Assembly: GCA_977020255.1 (NCBI GenBank)
Contig: CDROCS010000177.1
Span: 62,001 to 126,000 of the forward strand
From: Obrimoposthia wandeli
Lineage: Eukaryota
Length of the DNA stretch: 64,000 nt
Direction of reading: 5' to 3'
Position numbers and translations under genes: made by a program. The stretch's first letter is position 1, and every line of letters starts with the position of its first letter. This document shows, piece by piece, positions 1-13,564 of the stretch. The notes beneath the pieces are model-generated. The model saw nothing but the letters and a program-made list of their open reading frames with translations. It was not told the origin of the DNA and did no database searches.

Positions 1-1548
1 GAAAATCTCGTTACATTTACTACAATATTATATAGCCCAAGTCCTGAAATAGCCATACGCAGTTAACTATGTCCGCGCATGTCTCCGACATCGTTGTTTT
101 TATTTTTTTACAGAAACACACGCCTACTTAAAAATATGGCGCTCAGGATACAAGAAAAGAATATCTACTTTCGAGATATTGGTTTCTTACACAGTTTGTC
201 AGGTGAAAAACTGGTTTGGAACAGATCAAGGCCGTCTTCTGTATCTTCTGCGAAGTCGTACTGCGACGTAGCGAGGGCTTGACAGATGCTCGCACAAGTG
301 TGAGCAACAAAATTATCTTAATCTCCTCTTCGTAGTCCTTCTTCGTTCTAAATAACTCTTCTTACTTCAAAAAACCTTGAATATTGAGAATTATTTTCTT
401 TTTCAACAAAATAAGACTGGCCTTGTTTTGTTTTTTTTTGCCTTTAAAATTCGCTTTAAATTCAAAGTAGTCAAAATCGAAATCTTCACATTTTTGACAA
501 ATTTGAATAATTTAACAACAAAAATCCATTACTTTTTAACTCTTTCTATGAAAGTTTCTAAGCAGTAGCTGCATTCGATTGTCTAAATTAAAAATAATAA
601 ACTTTAGCCACAAATTCATACCGTTATAGCTGCTAGAAACTTGTTTTCACAATTGAAACAATAAAACATAAACATTTTGGTAGCCATTAAAACGATTTGA
701 GGTCAAAACTAAAGTTATATGTAAATAATTGAAAATAAAATCATACTCAAAGTACAAAAGAAAAAACAAAATAAAACAGGACTCGAGTATTCAGAGTCAA
801 ATATTTATGTCAGATTGGTCATTTAAAAACAAATTAATCATATTGCTTTTAGAATATTTTAAAAGTGTTTTAAATAAATATTTTGAAAATGTCTGGTTAG
901 GCTTGCTTCTGAATTCCGTATTCGTTATTCAATATACTTATGATTGAATTCACCTTCGTCTGTTTCTTCCTGTGTCGCGACAATTGATTTTACGATTCAA
1001 TCCACTTGATGATGGAGTGCGCGAAATTTACAGTCACTGGTTTGGCTAATTTCCACTTCGACTTTTTAATGCTTTGGCTACAATAGGTTTTCAAGTTTCT
1101 GGTAATAGTTCCACTTGTGATTCTTTTTATATGATTCTGGGAGGCAATGATTCTCCAATCCGAGTAAGATTTCTAAAATAAAAACGCAGACAGTTAATGG
1201 ATAACACTTAGCTAAGTGGTACTTCCCTCGCGAGAAGTCTGGAGATAATGGAGCAGCTGGATTCTTCTCACGCTTGATAATTTCGATTGTTGCTGTTTTT
1301 GCTGTTCGTCTTCGCTCTTTTTGTTGATTAACTTGAATTTATTACTCTGGACTCCTTTAATTTTCTAAAATACCTGATATACTTCACATCACACACGACC
1401 TCTCAAGGTCCTTAAACTTATTTCAATCTTATCAAATTTAATTTTACTTTAAATTAAAAATATATTTACTTATTTTATTTAGCCTTGCTTTCAATGTTCT
1501 ATTTTCTTATATATATAATTGATTAATTTTATAAACCCTAATCCCAAC
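1..1548. mobile_element. Solo-LTR-like repeat whose right end is ...CCCTAATCCCAACA; left end not identified
   Basis: The terminus matches the ...CCTAATCCCAACA end at 23356 and the TGTTRG starts at 13565 and 21806. It lies within the long FAAH intron. Confidence 0.45.
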
Positions 1549-3204
1549 AATTTTTTAAACTCAATATTTACTATAAATTTATCCAATGTAATTATTTGGT
1601 TATTTTCGAGACCTCATCAAGTTTACAAAATATATTTACATACGTTTGCGAAGCGTACATTCTTAACACGTTTACAGATTGCATTTTGAACTGAATATAT
1701 GTTGCTAATGTTATTGTATTCCTTAAAATAATAACATTTGGATCTGATATCGTATTTTCAACAATTGCTTAGTTTATATAATACTTATTTTTGTCGTAGG
1801 CTATATCTACTTATGGATATATTTCTTGACGTTTGCTTACGTTTTTGAAAGTCCATTTGACCGATTCTAGGTTAATGTGGGATAAAAATCACGATCTTGT
1901 GGCTTTGTACGCATGTATCCAAATATGACCACAATCAAAAATGTTAAATAGTTTAGTCAGAGCTCGGATGGGGCCATTCGATTGGTCCAGATCTTTTATT
2001 CCTTCTATTATTAATTTTTTCGTTTAGCAAATGTCTGACATTTAAAAATCAATAAATTGAGGCTTCATTTTGCACATATATGTGTGTGTATTGTTTGTAG
2101 TAGTTACTTGTGAAAATAAAAAAAACTATCTCATTTAGATTTACATAATTTTTTTTTGACAGCTGAAAGTTTCTATTGAACACAACCATCTGATGAAACT
2201 GACCTCCCTGATTTCTACATATACGATACAGATTTTCCTTAGCGTAATAGTAACAATTATGAGTAGTTACTTCATAAAGAAAATAATTATGACTGACCAT
2301 CGTGGCTCTCTTTCTTTTTTCTCCAGAGCGAATTTTCTTAATGTGTATATCATAACTTCATCTATGTCTTTAGTTCCTATACTTGAATGGCTTGAAGTGT
2401 GATTTTTTCAAATTTGATTAACAAATAACAAAGATGCATGAAAAAGGATTCTTGCATTCCTTTGTGAAAAACACGAACTATCACCAATGGTAATAATAAT
2501 TGCTTGTTTTTCTCTTCAGAAATTTCAGTTGGAGTGTTAAGAGTAATACTTAATCGAGAATGACACATTAAAGTGTCGTTAGCGGTGTGGTTTTATTTGT
2601 TAATTGTTCTAGTTGAGTTTACAGATTTTCTAAACTAATTAGCAAATAACTTTCAAATATGCCTTTTAGCAACTTTTTCTGTTATTTAATAAGTGTAATT
2701 AAGTCACTGCAATTTCATGGTTTTCAAATCCAGAACTAATTGATTTCCGACATAAATTTTTATTTTCTTAAGAACTCATTTTAGTTTTTAAACACATGGT
2801 ATTAAAATTGTTCACGTTCTTGTGATGTTTATATAAATTGCTAACCGTTGTTCTAATGCTTTTATTGGATCCATCTTTGGGCACCATCATTTCCATTGCA
2901 AATTGACTGTGCCCTACAATCAATTCCAGCTTAAAAGCATACAATGTTCTGTTATTGGTAAATACATAAATATTACCCATTTTGCATAATTATGCTTAAT
3001 GAAAATAAAAAAACTCTCCATGCATTAATAATGTATAAAAATTTATAGAAATTAAATTCAAAATTATTATAGCAATATTTGATTGATATGGGACATATTT
3101 AGGTTGAATTTTCTAAATTTTTTTAATAAAAAATAAAAATTTTTTTGATTACGTTTACAGAAATATTTGTAGTTTTTGAAAATCTTTCATTTTTAAAATT
3201 GGTG

Positions 3205-3269
3205 CTAGAAGTCAATATACCCTAGAAGTCAATATACCCTAGAAGTCAATATGCCCTAGAAGTCAATAT
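3205..3269. repeat. Minisatellite, 17-bp unit CTAGAAGTCAATATACC, about 4 copies
   Basis: Read directly from the sequence. Confidence 0.9.
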
Positions 3270-6200
3270 TCATGAGTTTAACACTTGTGTAATAATCCCA
3301 CATTTTTGGGGTTTATGCAAGGGGGTATACTGAATATAAACTAAAATATATCATGTTGACTCGACAGCTGCAATATTTCCGTTAGCCAGTGACTTTAGAG
3401 TCACAACTAAAGTGCATATCTTACTTTGATATATGGATATTAAATATTATTATATAATATTCAAATGAGCCAAAAATAATCTCATGTTTAGTTATGTTCA
3501 TTGTTTATGTATATAAACATAAAATCAACATGTTCGCAAATTACATATAGTTCAGTCCATTTTTAAAGAAACCCAGGTTATTATTTGATCAATATGTTGG
3601 CCGTTAGAGGCGTTAGATATCATGTTGAACCCATTGCCGTACTAATTAATGGGATATTTACTAGGCTCTGATGTTTTTCGGTCCCTCGACATCCTCGAAA
3701 TGCCATTTTGTCGAATTTCGCGCTTTCCTTTCGTAAAATATATTACAAATTAATTAATTTATGCGGTGACATCGAAAATGAATGCCAACACAATTGGTCT
3801 CATACATATACTATTAACGCATAAATTCGTAATATCTGCTTTTCTTACGATCCACACATGACTACAACATCAACATCTTCCTATATTATTATCATAAGTT
3901 CACCAACACATATTTCAGAATTTTATTCATCACAATAACACGACTAGACCACTGACTGCTAACACCTGGTGCAAAATCAATTGGCCAAATTCAAATATTT
4001 GAATTTCAACTCGACAAATGACTAATTGATAAACAGCAATTAATCGTCAACATTTAGTATAGTTTTCATTTGAGTAGATTCGTACTTTATAATAAGCATA
4101 TGGCTACGAAAACAAAAATGCATCACTCCATTTTGACGCATATTTTAATATTTTATTTTTGATATAAACGAACTCAAATTTGTCTCAAATCCTTGTGTAC
4201 TAACATAATATTCTGTTAATAGGTTTTTAATTATAATTATTGCAGATTTTTAGCCAATTTATTTGACGTCTTGCTGTCGCACATATATTCGTATTAACGA
4301 CACGACCAAGATATCTAATGTTTCTTTCAAAGGTTATATGCGATCTTACTGATCATTTGAGTCATAAATTTCATTTGTGAGCATTTTGAAACTAATTGGC
4401 GACTTCTGAAAATAGTCGTAGCTATATTTGATATGCTAATACCTTTCTTATGGTAAATGCTCGGCTACCATCTTGTTTCGGTTTGAGTTTCATATCTTGT
4501 TTCGGTGGGGTTCCATATCAAGATTTTACTCTTTCAAATTCAAAAACACAAATATATATATTTTTTCAAAATTATTTGGGAATCATTTAAAAACTTTGAA
4601 AAGCTTTCAAACTGAGTGCTTAAAAGTATCACAACCATTGGTGACATATTTCATTCAGACAATTTAATTCGATCAATATACAATCAATTTTAATTCATTA
4701 TTATTAAATAATTTTTAATTGAAACTTCTAACTAGTACATTCCCTTCTTTCCATTTGCTGTTTCAAAATCTGAATCCTATGGTATTTCTAATAATATATT
4801 GGTTAAAAAATCAGAAACTTATAATATAAATTATAACTATACAGTTGTAAATTATGGATCTATTTTCATAATACAATGATAAAATGGCAATTTACAAAAT
4901 TTATTAAATAGACAATTTATTTTTTGTTTCATATTAGTTCATGTTAATTTCATTGTAAAGTGATTTTGGCTAATTTGTCATTTGGTTGTAATTGATTTCC
5001 TATCTCCCATTTAGCACAGAAAATGTCTTCTCAACAGGAGTTTTGTCTCTTGGTAAGCACTTTTATTGCTAAACTGCTGTCATATTTTCATAATATTCTA
5101 CAAATTGATGTTGAGGAATAATGGATGATTAATCAAGTGTTGTTTAATAAGCAATTAGTTTTGAATTTTAATATGTCAATTGGGCCAAAGAAAATGAATC
5201 TTTTTGTTGGTATGCTCTTTAAAGGTGCTTTGTATCGCACAAACGTGCGTATTTATTAGTCAGACAAGAATGGTTTTGCCAGTAAGTTTGGTTAGTAAGT
5301 TAACATTTATGTACGATTTTGATCGGGATTTTAATCGATTGAGAATCAAGAAGATATGAAGTTTTTTATTATATGTTAAAGTTTTTATCCAAAAAGTTGG
5401 CAGTTTTGTGAATTGAGCATTATTATTTGGAAGCGAACACTGCGAACTAAATATAAATGTAGAATGTGTCATGCTGTTAATTAGTTATGGTCGTTATCTA
5501 CAGGTGTTCGGCAAAATTTCTCATTTGTCACCTTTTTTGTAAAAAGTTTTCTTTATCAATAATTTTTTTAATCTATTTATATATAGCGAAAACAAATTAA
5601 TTAAAATTATATTCTAAATATTTAAAATTTAATCCATTAAATTTCTTATTAATCTAATAAGTAGTTTATTCGACTATTATTTAACAATTTTACCCATGTT
5701 TTAATTATTTGTTTTTTATAATATTAAAATATTATAATAATTGCGTAACATGGGTATTTTCTGAAATGAAAATTTGATTTTTAGCCAGATGACGATGAAG
5801 CAAGTGAAAGTATCATTGATACAAAAGTATTTAATGTAGATCACTAGAACGTTGTAAATCTAGAAAAGTCAATCGATAGTAACGTTGAATCTTATGTTTC
5901 GCCTAGAAATTTACTTTTATATTTATTTATTATAATAATTTAAATGTCTTATTTTTGCTTTAAGATTTAACTAATTATTATGTTTTTTCATAGTTAATGT
6001 CGGATTTTAATAAATACACACGTATGAAAACAATAATTAATCAAAATAAGACACGTCTGATTCTATACATTTCCCCCTGATTTCTACATTCGATGAAGTT
6101 GCATACCTCAAATTGTATACTCTCTAAATCATCAAAGTGTTGAATACAGTACCCGAAACATAATTCCTAGTTCCTGACACGTACTGAAAGTATTTGAGTT

Positions 6201-6599
6201 GACATCTTGCTTCATGTCGTCTTTATCTATTGTAGTAGCAGCTTCACGATACTTGGTCTTCTAAGTCACTGATGCCAGACTTAAACTCTTCAAATCTTCT
6301 TTGGGTGAGTTTATCATTAGCAGAACCTTCACCAAACACTATATTTATATTTCTGGATGCTTCCGTTGTTATGTGACTTAATTTATTTTACTATATAAAA
6401 ATAATCCGTTTTTGTTTCCGATCCATATCAAATTCTGGGTCACTTTTCTAATATAAAAAAAATAAATTGTTCTACATACCTTATAAATTTAATAAATGCG
6501 CAATACATTAATAATGCAGGTATAAATTTTGATTCATTAAATTTTAAATTAAAGATGTAGTGAAATTCTGATATAAAAAACTAACATTAATTATGCAAC

Positions 6600-7535
6600 A
6601 ACCTAATAAATAAACTCAAATAGCGTTCTGCATACATAAAATATTTATTCCGTGTTTCTGGAAAGGTTAAAAACGACTAGTCTACAATGATGTTTTCATG
6701 AGGTCGATTTGCACATATGTATTTAAAAAATTCGCTCAAGTATCAGAAGAAGAATCATTTTTTAACAGAAAGAAGGGAGGCGGGAAATCAATTCTATATT
6801 AACGAGACAATTATCATCAAAAGGAAAATATTTCAATTCCATGTGAACTTTAAGATAAAGTTAAATATGCTGCTGTAAACCTCCAAAACTACCGATATAG
6901 TTAGTTACCAAGACAAATTCTTTCATGCAAAAATATTTTTAAATGGTTCAATATCTTTTTAAAAAATGCCGATTTTTTTAAAGATCCAATAACATTTTAT
7001 ATATTAAAAAAGGTGACGTGAAATATTAACTTTGTCAATCTTTAGCTTTCAGATTGCTTTCCTATACATTTTAAATCCAATTATATTAATTTCATTATTC
7101 AAAAAGGAAATGATGCTGCACAGCCGTGGTTACCGTACAGAAAAGAAACTAAAGAAATATGAAGAATATTAAATTAAAATTGTTTCCGGCTGTTATCACA
7201 AATTTAGAAAAAACGAAGGAATTAATGATTCAAAGCGCTCATGGTTTAACCAACTTTGAAAATCTAAGAATATTCTCGGAATTTAAAGCAGCTCAAAAAA
7301 ATATTTATTGCTAATATTCCTCGAATAATTCAAAATAATTGAAAGAGATCTTCTGCGCTTGAAAACCGTTGTTGATGGATAGGGTCATCATATAGAAAAT
7401 TATAATCGGTTATAGCATTATTATAACTGCTTATCATATTTTATATTTTGTTTTGATTTTTCAAATAATACCAACAGAACGACTTTTTTAACAGAATGAC
7501 ATTTAAAATTCAGAATATTTTGAAATCGCACTGTA
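6600..7535 (+). mobile_element. Decayed Tc1/mariner-superfamily transposon fragment
   Basis: A C-terminal-like segment LRLKTVVDG*GHHIEN resembles the RL..C....GGHIE end of Tc1/mariner transposases. A candidate right TIR ...GAAATCGCACTG followed by TA lies near 7530. There are many stops. Confidence 0.4.
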
Positions 7536-7597
7536 TATACTATTCCGTATTTCATGGTTTATGTTGTGTAACTATCTTGTTGTTGCCATTGCCATAG

Positions 7598-10208
7598 TGA
7601 AGTCTGTACTGGGCCCGCTAACTCGCGATGTCGAATCTGCGGTGTGTGTGATGCGCCATCTGGTCAACTCTGACGTCATGAGCAACCTGGACCCATCCAT
7701 TCCGCATTTGCGCTTCAACGAGACGGTGAGTGTTCTGTCATTCTATATCGCAGCGCCTGTAGTAAAGAGCGGTCTTGTTGCGGTATTAACATCAGCAACA
7801 TATTCTCAAATTGTCCGGATGTTTAAATGGTTCCTGATAATTAAAAATGTGATCAAATATTTTGTATTAAAAAGTGTACTCACTATCTGCAATAACTCTC
7901 ATACTTTATATTAAAAAATAAGTTGAAAATAACGAAGATGTTTAGCTTTACTGCTAGCATTTCTCCATAAGCTCTTTTCTTGGCATAAGCATATAAGCTT
8001 ATCTACTAAGGGTGACGTAAAACCCCTCGCTAGAAAATATGAGGTTGGTCAAAGTTCCATCTAATGAATTATAATAAATACGATTTTATTAGACGAAGCA
8101 CAATCTAGAAGATTATCTAGATAAGAGCTTACTACAAACATATAAGGAAGATTTTTTGAAAAAAAGGTTAAAAATAGATGTGTTTAGTAACTAGTTAAAT
8201 AAAAACTTACTTTATTACTTTTGGTTTTTGATTTGATTTTTTAAAGATTTCATAAAATTTATCCAAAATGTTTCTAAAAAGCAATTTTGACATAGAAATC
8301 AAATTCATAATTATAAATTTCGTTGTTGGACTTTTTTGTTGTCATTGTTCAAATATATATGCAGTTGTTGAAATTCAGTTTTACAATTGTGGTATTCAAT
8401 TTGAATATAATTTCTTTCTTCACAAACTAATCCAATTAACTGATCATTTAAAACATTCATTGATGTCGAATATGCATTTTATTACTGACAAATACACAGT
8501 TTATCAGGGTCAACCTTTCCAAGATGCCAGAATGAACGGCTGTGTAAAGTCAAAACGTGGTGGGCATGCACAACCATTATCTTGAATTGTTTTGGCAGAT
8601 TGACGAGGAATGCGTGTATGCATGTATTCCATTTGCTTATACATTTTGTCCAGGCCTACAACAAGAAGAGCCTGAAGATAGGCTATTTCTGCTATGACGG
8701 CAGCCACCTCGTCATGCCAGCGATGGAGCGCGCTGTTATGATAACTGTGCAGAAACTCAAAGCACAAGGTCACGAAGTAGGTTCTCTTATGTTTCCCTTA
8801 TGAATGTACTTAATATGCTAGTCTCTTCTAGATACAAAATTAAACTGGCAAAATATTTATCTTAACTGTAAAGACTGATGCGGGAAACTTTCATTAGAAT
8901 TTGCCGTGTTGCAAATGCCAATACATCACTGCACATTTTCTATTAATTTCGTAATTATATAATAATTAAATGACACGGGGAAACTTCATAATTCCTGCAT
9001 CACACCGTGAATGATGCACTATTCGTCACGTAACAGCAAAAAGTGCATACTATATGAAATAGGAATTATTTTCCAATATCGTTAAAGAATCGTCACGTTA
9101 TCAATAGGATGGAATTTTATTTCCTGTGACATAAATTCATTTTCTAAGACAGTTTGATTTAACGACACAGTAAACAATTTGTTTCTGTCAGAAGAATGTG
9201 TGATACGATTTTGTGTGGTTGTGCTCGTGTTGATGTTGTTGCAGGTGGTAGCCTGGAAACCGCCGCTGGTCGGAGAAGAATGGCTGAGTATGTATGTCAG
9301 ATCGGTATCCGTGGATGGGGGTCGGTGTCTTGATCAGCTGCTCCTGCACGACCGTATTGACCCGGCTATAGCCAATGGCATCGTACATCTGGACAGTGGG
9401 TGGACTGAGTGGCTGCTCAACACGATCCGCTACCGATTGCTACCGAGCTGGGTGAGTTTCAGCCCACAGGACCATAACCGTATAGGGTGGAATGTTATGG
9501 GTTCTCACATTGGACTTGATTCTAGAACCTTACATCTGTAATGTGACCACCTCGCCGTGTCAGTTGTGCAGTTCCAAAGAAGACTATGGCCGCTTCTACC
9601 GGGACAGCACAACGAGCCTGAGTGGCCCCGCTTGTGTGGCTCTTCAGGCGGAGGTGGCATCGCTGCGCACCAGTCTGCTGTCGGAGTGGAAACAGGCTGG
9701 CCTGGACTGTGTCCTGTGTCCTGCCGGGGGCTTCACGGCCTTGCCTGGTGGCTTCACTGGGGTCCCGACTCAGGCATCGGCCGCCAGTCAATGGCTCCAC
9801 TACATGCCTCTGATTGCCTCCATCCTACTCTGGAATCTCGTCAACTGCCCCGCCGGCACAGTGCCCGTCACCAAGGTCACTGAGGGTGACCTGGCCCGCA
9901 TGCGCAACGACCCTGTCTACCAAACCCATTCCGTCACGCGCAGTATGGTCAAGGTTCGTGATCTCAGCTGATCATCATTAATCTCTTTACTTGATATCAA
10001 TAATTAATTGTTTTACATTAGTAGCTATAATTACAAATTTGATTATCACTAACCGAGCTCTGTTATCGTCCACCAGGCACAACAAGACACCCTTGGCCTC
10101 TCCGTCAGCGTCCAATGCGTGGGTTTGCCGTGGAACGAAGAGTTGTGTCTGAACCTTATGCAGCAAGTACAACAAGGAGCTTCCGTCAACACTTCCATTA
10201 CCTCCTGA
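7598..10208 (+). CDS. FAAH: Fatty-acid amide hydrolase (amidase-signature family), 3' five exons: 7598-7725, 8654-8776, 9245-9451, 9564-9953, 10077-10208 (TGA). 5' exons lie upstream of the window.
   Basis: GT-AG-bounded, phase-compatible exons translate to segments matching the FAAH C-terminal half: KSVLGPLTRDVES..LDPSIPHLRFNE; LKIGYFCYDG..MPAMERAV..LKAQGHE; SVDGG..DRIDP; EWKQAGLDCVLCP..WNLVNCPAGTVPVTKVTEGD; GLSVSVQCVGLPWNEELCL. The catalytic amidase signature is not in the window. Confidence 0.9.
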
Positions 10209-11539
10209 TCAACATGCATCTACAGTACAATTCCCGATGTTGCAATGCTAATCACATTTATGTTCTGTGTTTATTCGACCAACTGAAACCACAAAACTGA
10301 TAAATCAGGATGTTTGTGTGAATCTCTAAAATCTTCCTGTACACAAATATGAATTTTTGTGGAACCGATTATTTTTACGAAATAGGGAAATTGCACTTTT
10401 CAGTACGAGTAGAAAACCTTCATTTAGTGAAAAATTAACGACATTAAATCTGTATTTTATAATTGTTTGATCTGAGTAGGTTTGTCGTTTAAATAATTAA
10501 AATTTTGTGTAAATCTGAAAAAAGATGTTTTAACACAATTAATTAAACAAACAAAAATGGTATTATTGGAATTTAAATTTTAGAACAAATTAATCTAAAT
10601 AATTTCTAAATAAACGGTTGTAGAACAAAAATACGTCCGTAGAAAAAGTTTTTATTCTCCTATTTGGTTCTTGACATAATGAAATTTACTCGTGACAAGT
10701 GTTTATTTGATCGTAAAAATAGTAATATTGTACACAAAATTGATTACATTTCTATAAAATCCAATATGTGTAGTCAGCTGCTGGCACTCACTACCGATAA
10801 ATATTTTCTCTTGATGCTCGTACTTTTGAGAAAATCCAGGGCGGAGTTGTACTAGGCGCACACCAAGTAATAATAATTGACATACTTCTCTGACGAATTC
10901 AAATTAAGATATTCGAGGATAATATTCTCTAAAATCGGTATTATATTTTGAATTTATGTAATTATATGAATTTCCTTCTTTTCAGATACATTGTGTTATA
11001 GAATTAAATATTTTCATTTCTATTGGGATGGAAATTTCTTTTTGAGAAAATCTGTATGAAATATTTTTCTTTGCATAATTACAATTCGAAGATTTAAACT
11101 AAACGATGCAACTAAACTAAACGTGTTTCTAAATGTATTTCTACCTAATTGAACTACTTAATAATTACTACACAGAACAAAGTGTTTTGTATGTCTATTA
11201 CAACTCTGCTCAAATCCACCCGTTGCTTACTGTTCGTGAGGTTGGGAACTCAGCTGTCTTTTAACCAGTTTTTTATATTTTTTATATTGGACCATATTAG
11301 TTTAACAAAATATATGGATTACATTTTGGGTTAGGTTTTATTTACAGTTTCATTATAAAACTAAAAAAGTGATTTGTTCATTTGCATTTCGTACAGCCAT
11401 CCTTAAAATTATTGTAAAAGGACTAATAAATAATTTATATTACATTTATTCGTTTTTAATGACATTGAAGGTAATTACAAATGTTAATTAAATGAGAAAA
11501 TATCAATAGCTACTAAGAAAATTAAGGTCAATTAATTAT

Positions 11540-13420
11540 CAATTAGTTTTTGTCATGAATCTGATCAGCGTGTCCAACCTACAAATTTCCAGGGCTATGT
11601 AAGCAGTAGAAAAGTTCGCAAACAGCCAATAGTGAGCGGTCATACTTAAGCTAATTACAAAGTATCTGGACAACTGCGATCTCCATACAAATAGTAAAAT
11701 CGGACCCTGGCGCTAACTATTCAAACACAGAATTTTCATAGTAACAGCTCCATCAACTGGTCTAAGCCTATAAGTAGACACCATCATTAAATATACAGTA
11801 GAAGGGTTCATTAAAAATGTATCGATTAGTTGGTGTTCAAATTATTTGATGGCTTTATATGTACCTAGTAGTTCGCGGCCATATGTTGAATACTTAGTTT
11901 CATGAGTTTTAAGTTTTTGGAGAATGATGTTGTAATATTTTTGATGATTTGATTAATACGGCTCCGGTTGCTAAATTGGATACGTCGGTAGTTAAAGATA
12001 TCTCTGCATTATGTGTTGAATTTTTGTAAGTGGTGGCAGTTTTTAGTGCTCTTGCGATTTTGAAATCTTAAAGTTGTTGATCGTTTAGTCTAATTTTCGC
12101 GTTTTTGTTTTTAATTATTTCGTTTAATTGTGCTAATATGTGTGCTGCGTTTTAATGTATTGGTGGTAAAGTTGATCATTCCAAGGAATCCACGTAATTG
12201 TTTGGTGGGTGTAGTTCTGCGATGGTTTTGAGTTTGTTCACATTCGGCTGATGCCATCTACAGACAACGTATAACTTAGGAAGATTATTTTCTTCTTGTT
12301 GTATGCACATTTTTCTGTCTTTAGTGTTAGTTTGTTTTTCACTGTGATTTGTTAACATTTTTTATGTCTATGTTGTGTTGCTCTTGGTTTGGGCTACCTA
12401 TTAGTATGTCGTCGATATATGTTATAACGTTCTTTGCGCTTCTGAAAATGTTGTCCATGGAGTATTGGAAAGTGGATGCTGAATTCTTTAAATCGAAGGG
12501 CATTTTTGAATATTCGTACAATCCGAATGGGATGATGATGGTGGCTTTTTCTATGTCTGATATTTCGACGGGAATTTGGTGGTAAGCGGATGTTAGATAT
12601 AACTTTGAAAATATGTTTGCTTTTCGGCGTGTTATGTCGTGTATGAGTGGTAGTGGGTATGCGTCATGAACTGTTAAGGTTTTCAGTGCTCTGTAGACTC
12701 CGCAACATCTCCATTATTCAGAAGTTTTCCTTTTCATCATCAAAGCAGAAGCCCAAGAGGATTTTGATGGTCTTGTTTTTTTTCTTTAAGGAGGTTGTCA
12801 AATATTGTTTTTGTGGCCGTAAATTTGTCCGGTGGTAGTGGTCTAACTTTTGAGTGACATGGATATCTTGATGTTATTATTTTGTGTGTCGTGTTAGTTT
12901 CAGATTGAGTTGTGGTTGTTGCCGGTATGGATTTGTAAATTGTGTACGAGTATGTCTCAAAACAAATCCCACAATTATTTCAACAAACACTTACAGTGAT
13001 AGCGTGTTCTATTTTGCGTTGACTTGGAACGGTTGTGTAGTGTGTGTCGTGGTATTATTGTTTTGTTGTGACAGTCTATTAATAAGTAAAAGTGTCTTCA
13101 AACATCTTACCCTACTATGGGTTGAATGGTGTCACGAACTATGAAATTCCAGTGATTTGATATGTTGTCTATAATGAGGTTCAACATTTTTTACCCTAAG
13201 TAGTTATTTTTGTATTGTTTGCAGCTATGAGGATAGTATTTTTGTTGTGTATTTGTGTTGAGTGCAGATTGATTTGGGTATTAAGGAAATGGGTGCTCCA
13301 GAATCAATAAGGAAGCTGTATGGTGTGTTTGAAAGGTGCATCTTGAAAATAACGTTTAACCCAGTGTATGGTGGCTCTTAAATACCTGATCTTATGCGTT
13401 TTTTTGATTGTTTTGTTGTG
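11540..13420 (-). mobile_element. Ty3/gypsy retrotransposon pol pseudogene (protease-RT-RNase H)
   Basis: The minus strand gives FLIDSGAPISLIP (aspartic protease); YPLPLIHD..SAYHQIP..FGLYEYSKMPFDLKNSASTFQ..YIDDILI (RT); TTDVS..GAVL and YSTYGRELLG (RNase H). Stops and frameshifts occur throughout. Confidence 0.9.
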
Positions 13421-13564
13421 TTTTTCGATATTATAATTATGTCCATGGTGTATTTTGGTAAATGTTTTAAGAATGTTTCAAATATGATGTTTGTACTCTC
13501 GTAATTTATATGAGGGTCTAATTTTTAAAGGATTTTTGAGTCCTTTTAATATATATGATGGTTT

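Noticed and set aside
1000-1040. TTGATGA..GAAA..GTC hammerhead-like string
   Set aside because: C3 is missing and stems I-III do not pair.
2049-6400. CRNQGG-like segments at ~2200 and ~6075 and a GIHFDVTA segment at ~3770 as possible Merlin or hAT transposase relics
   Set aside because: Too degraded to assign by eye; only a profile search could decide.
8510-10175. Minus-strand and alternative-frame ORFs over FAAH, and similar ones at 35222-35455, 51460-51714, 57045-57345, 58349-58607 and 59930-60172
   Set aside because: These are antisense or off-frame shadows of GC-rich real exons, with no independent motifs.
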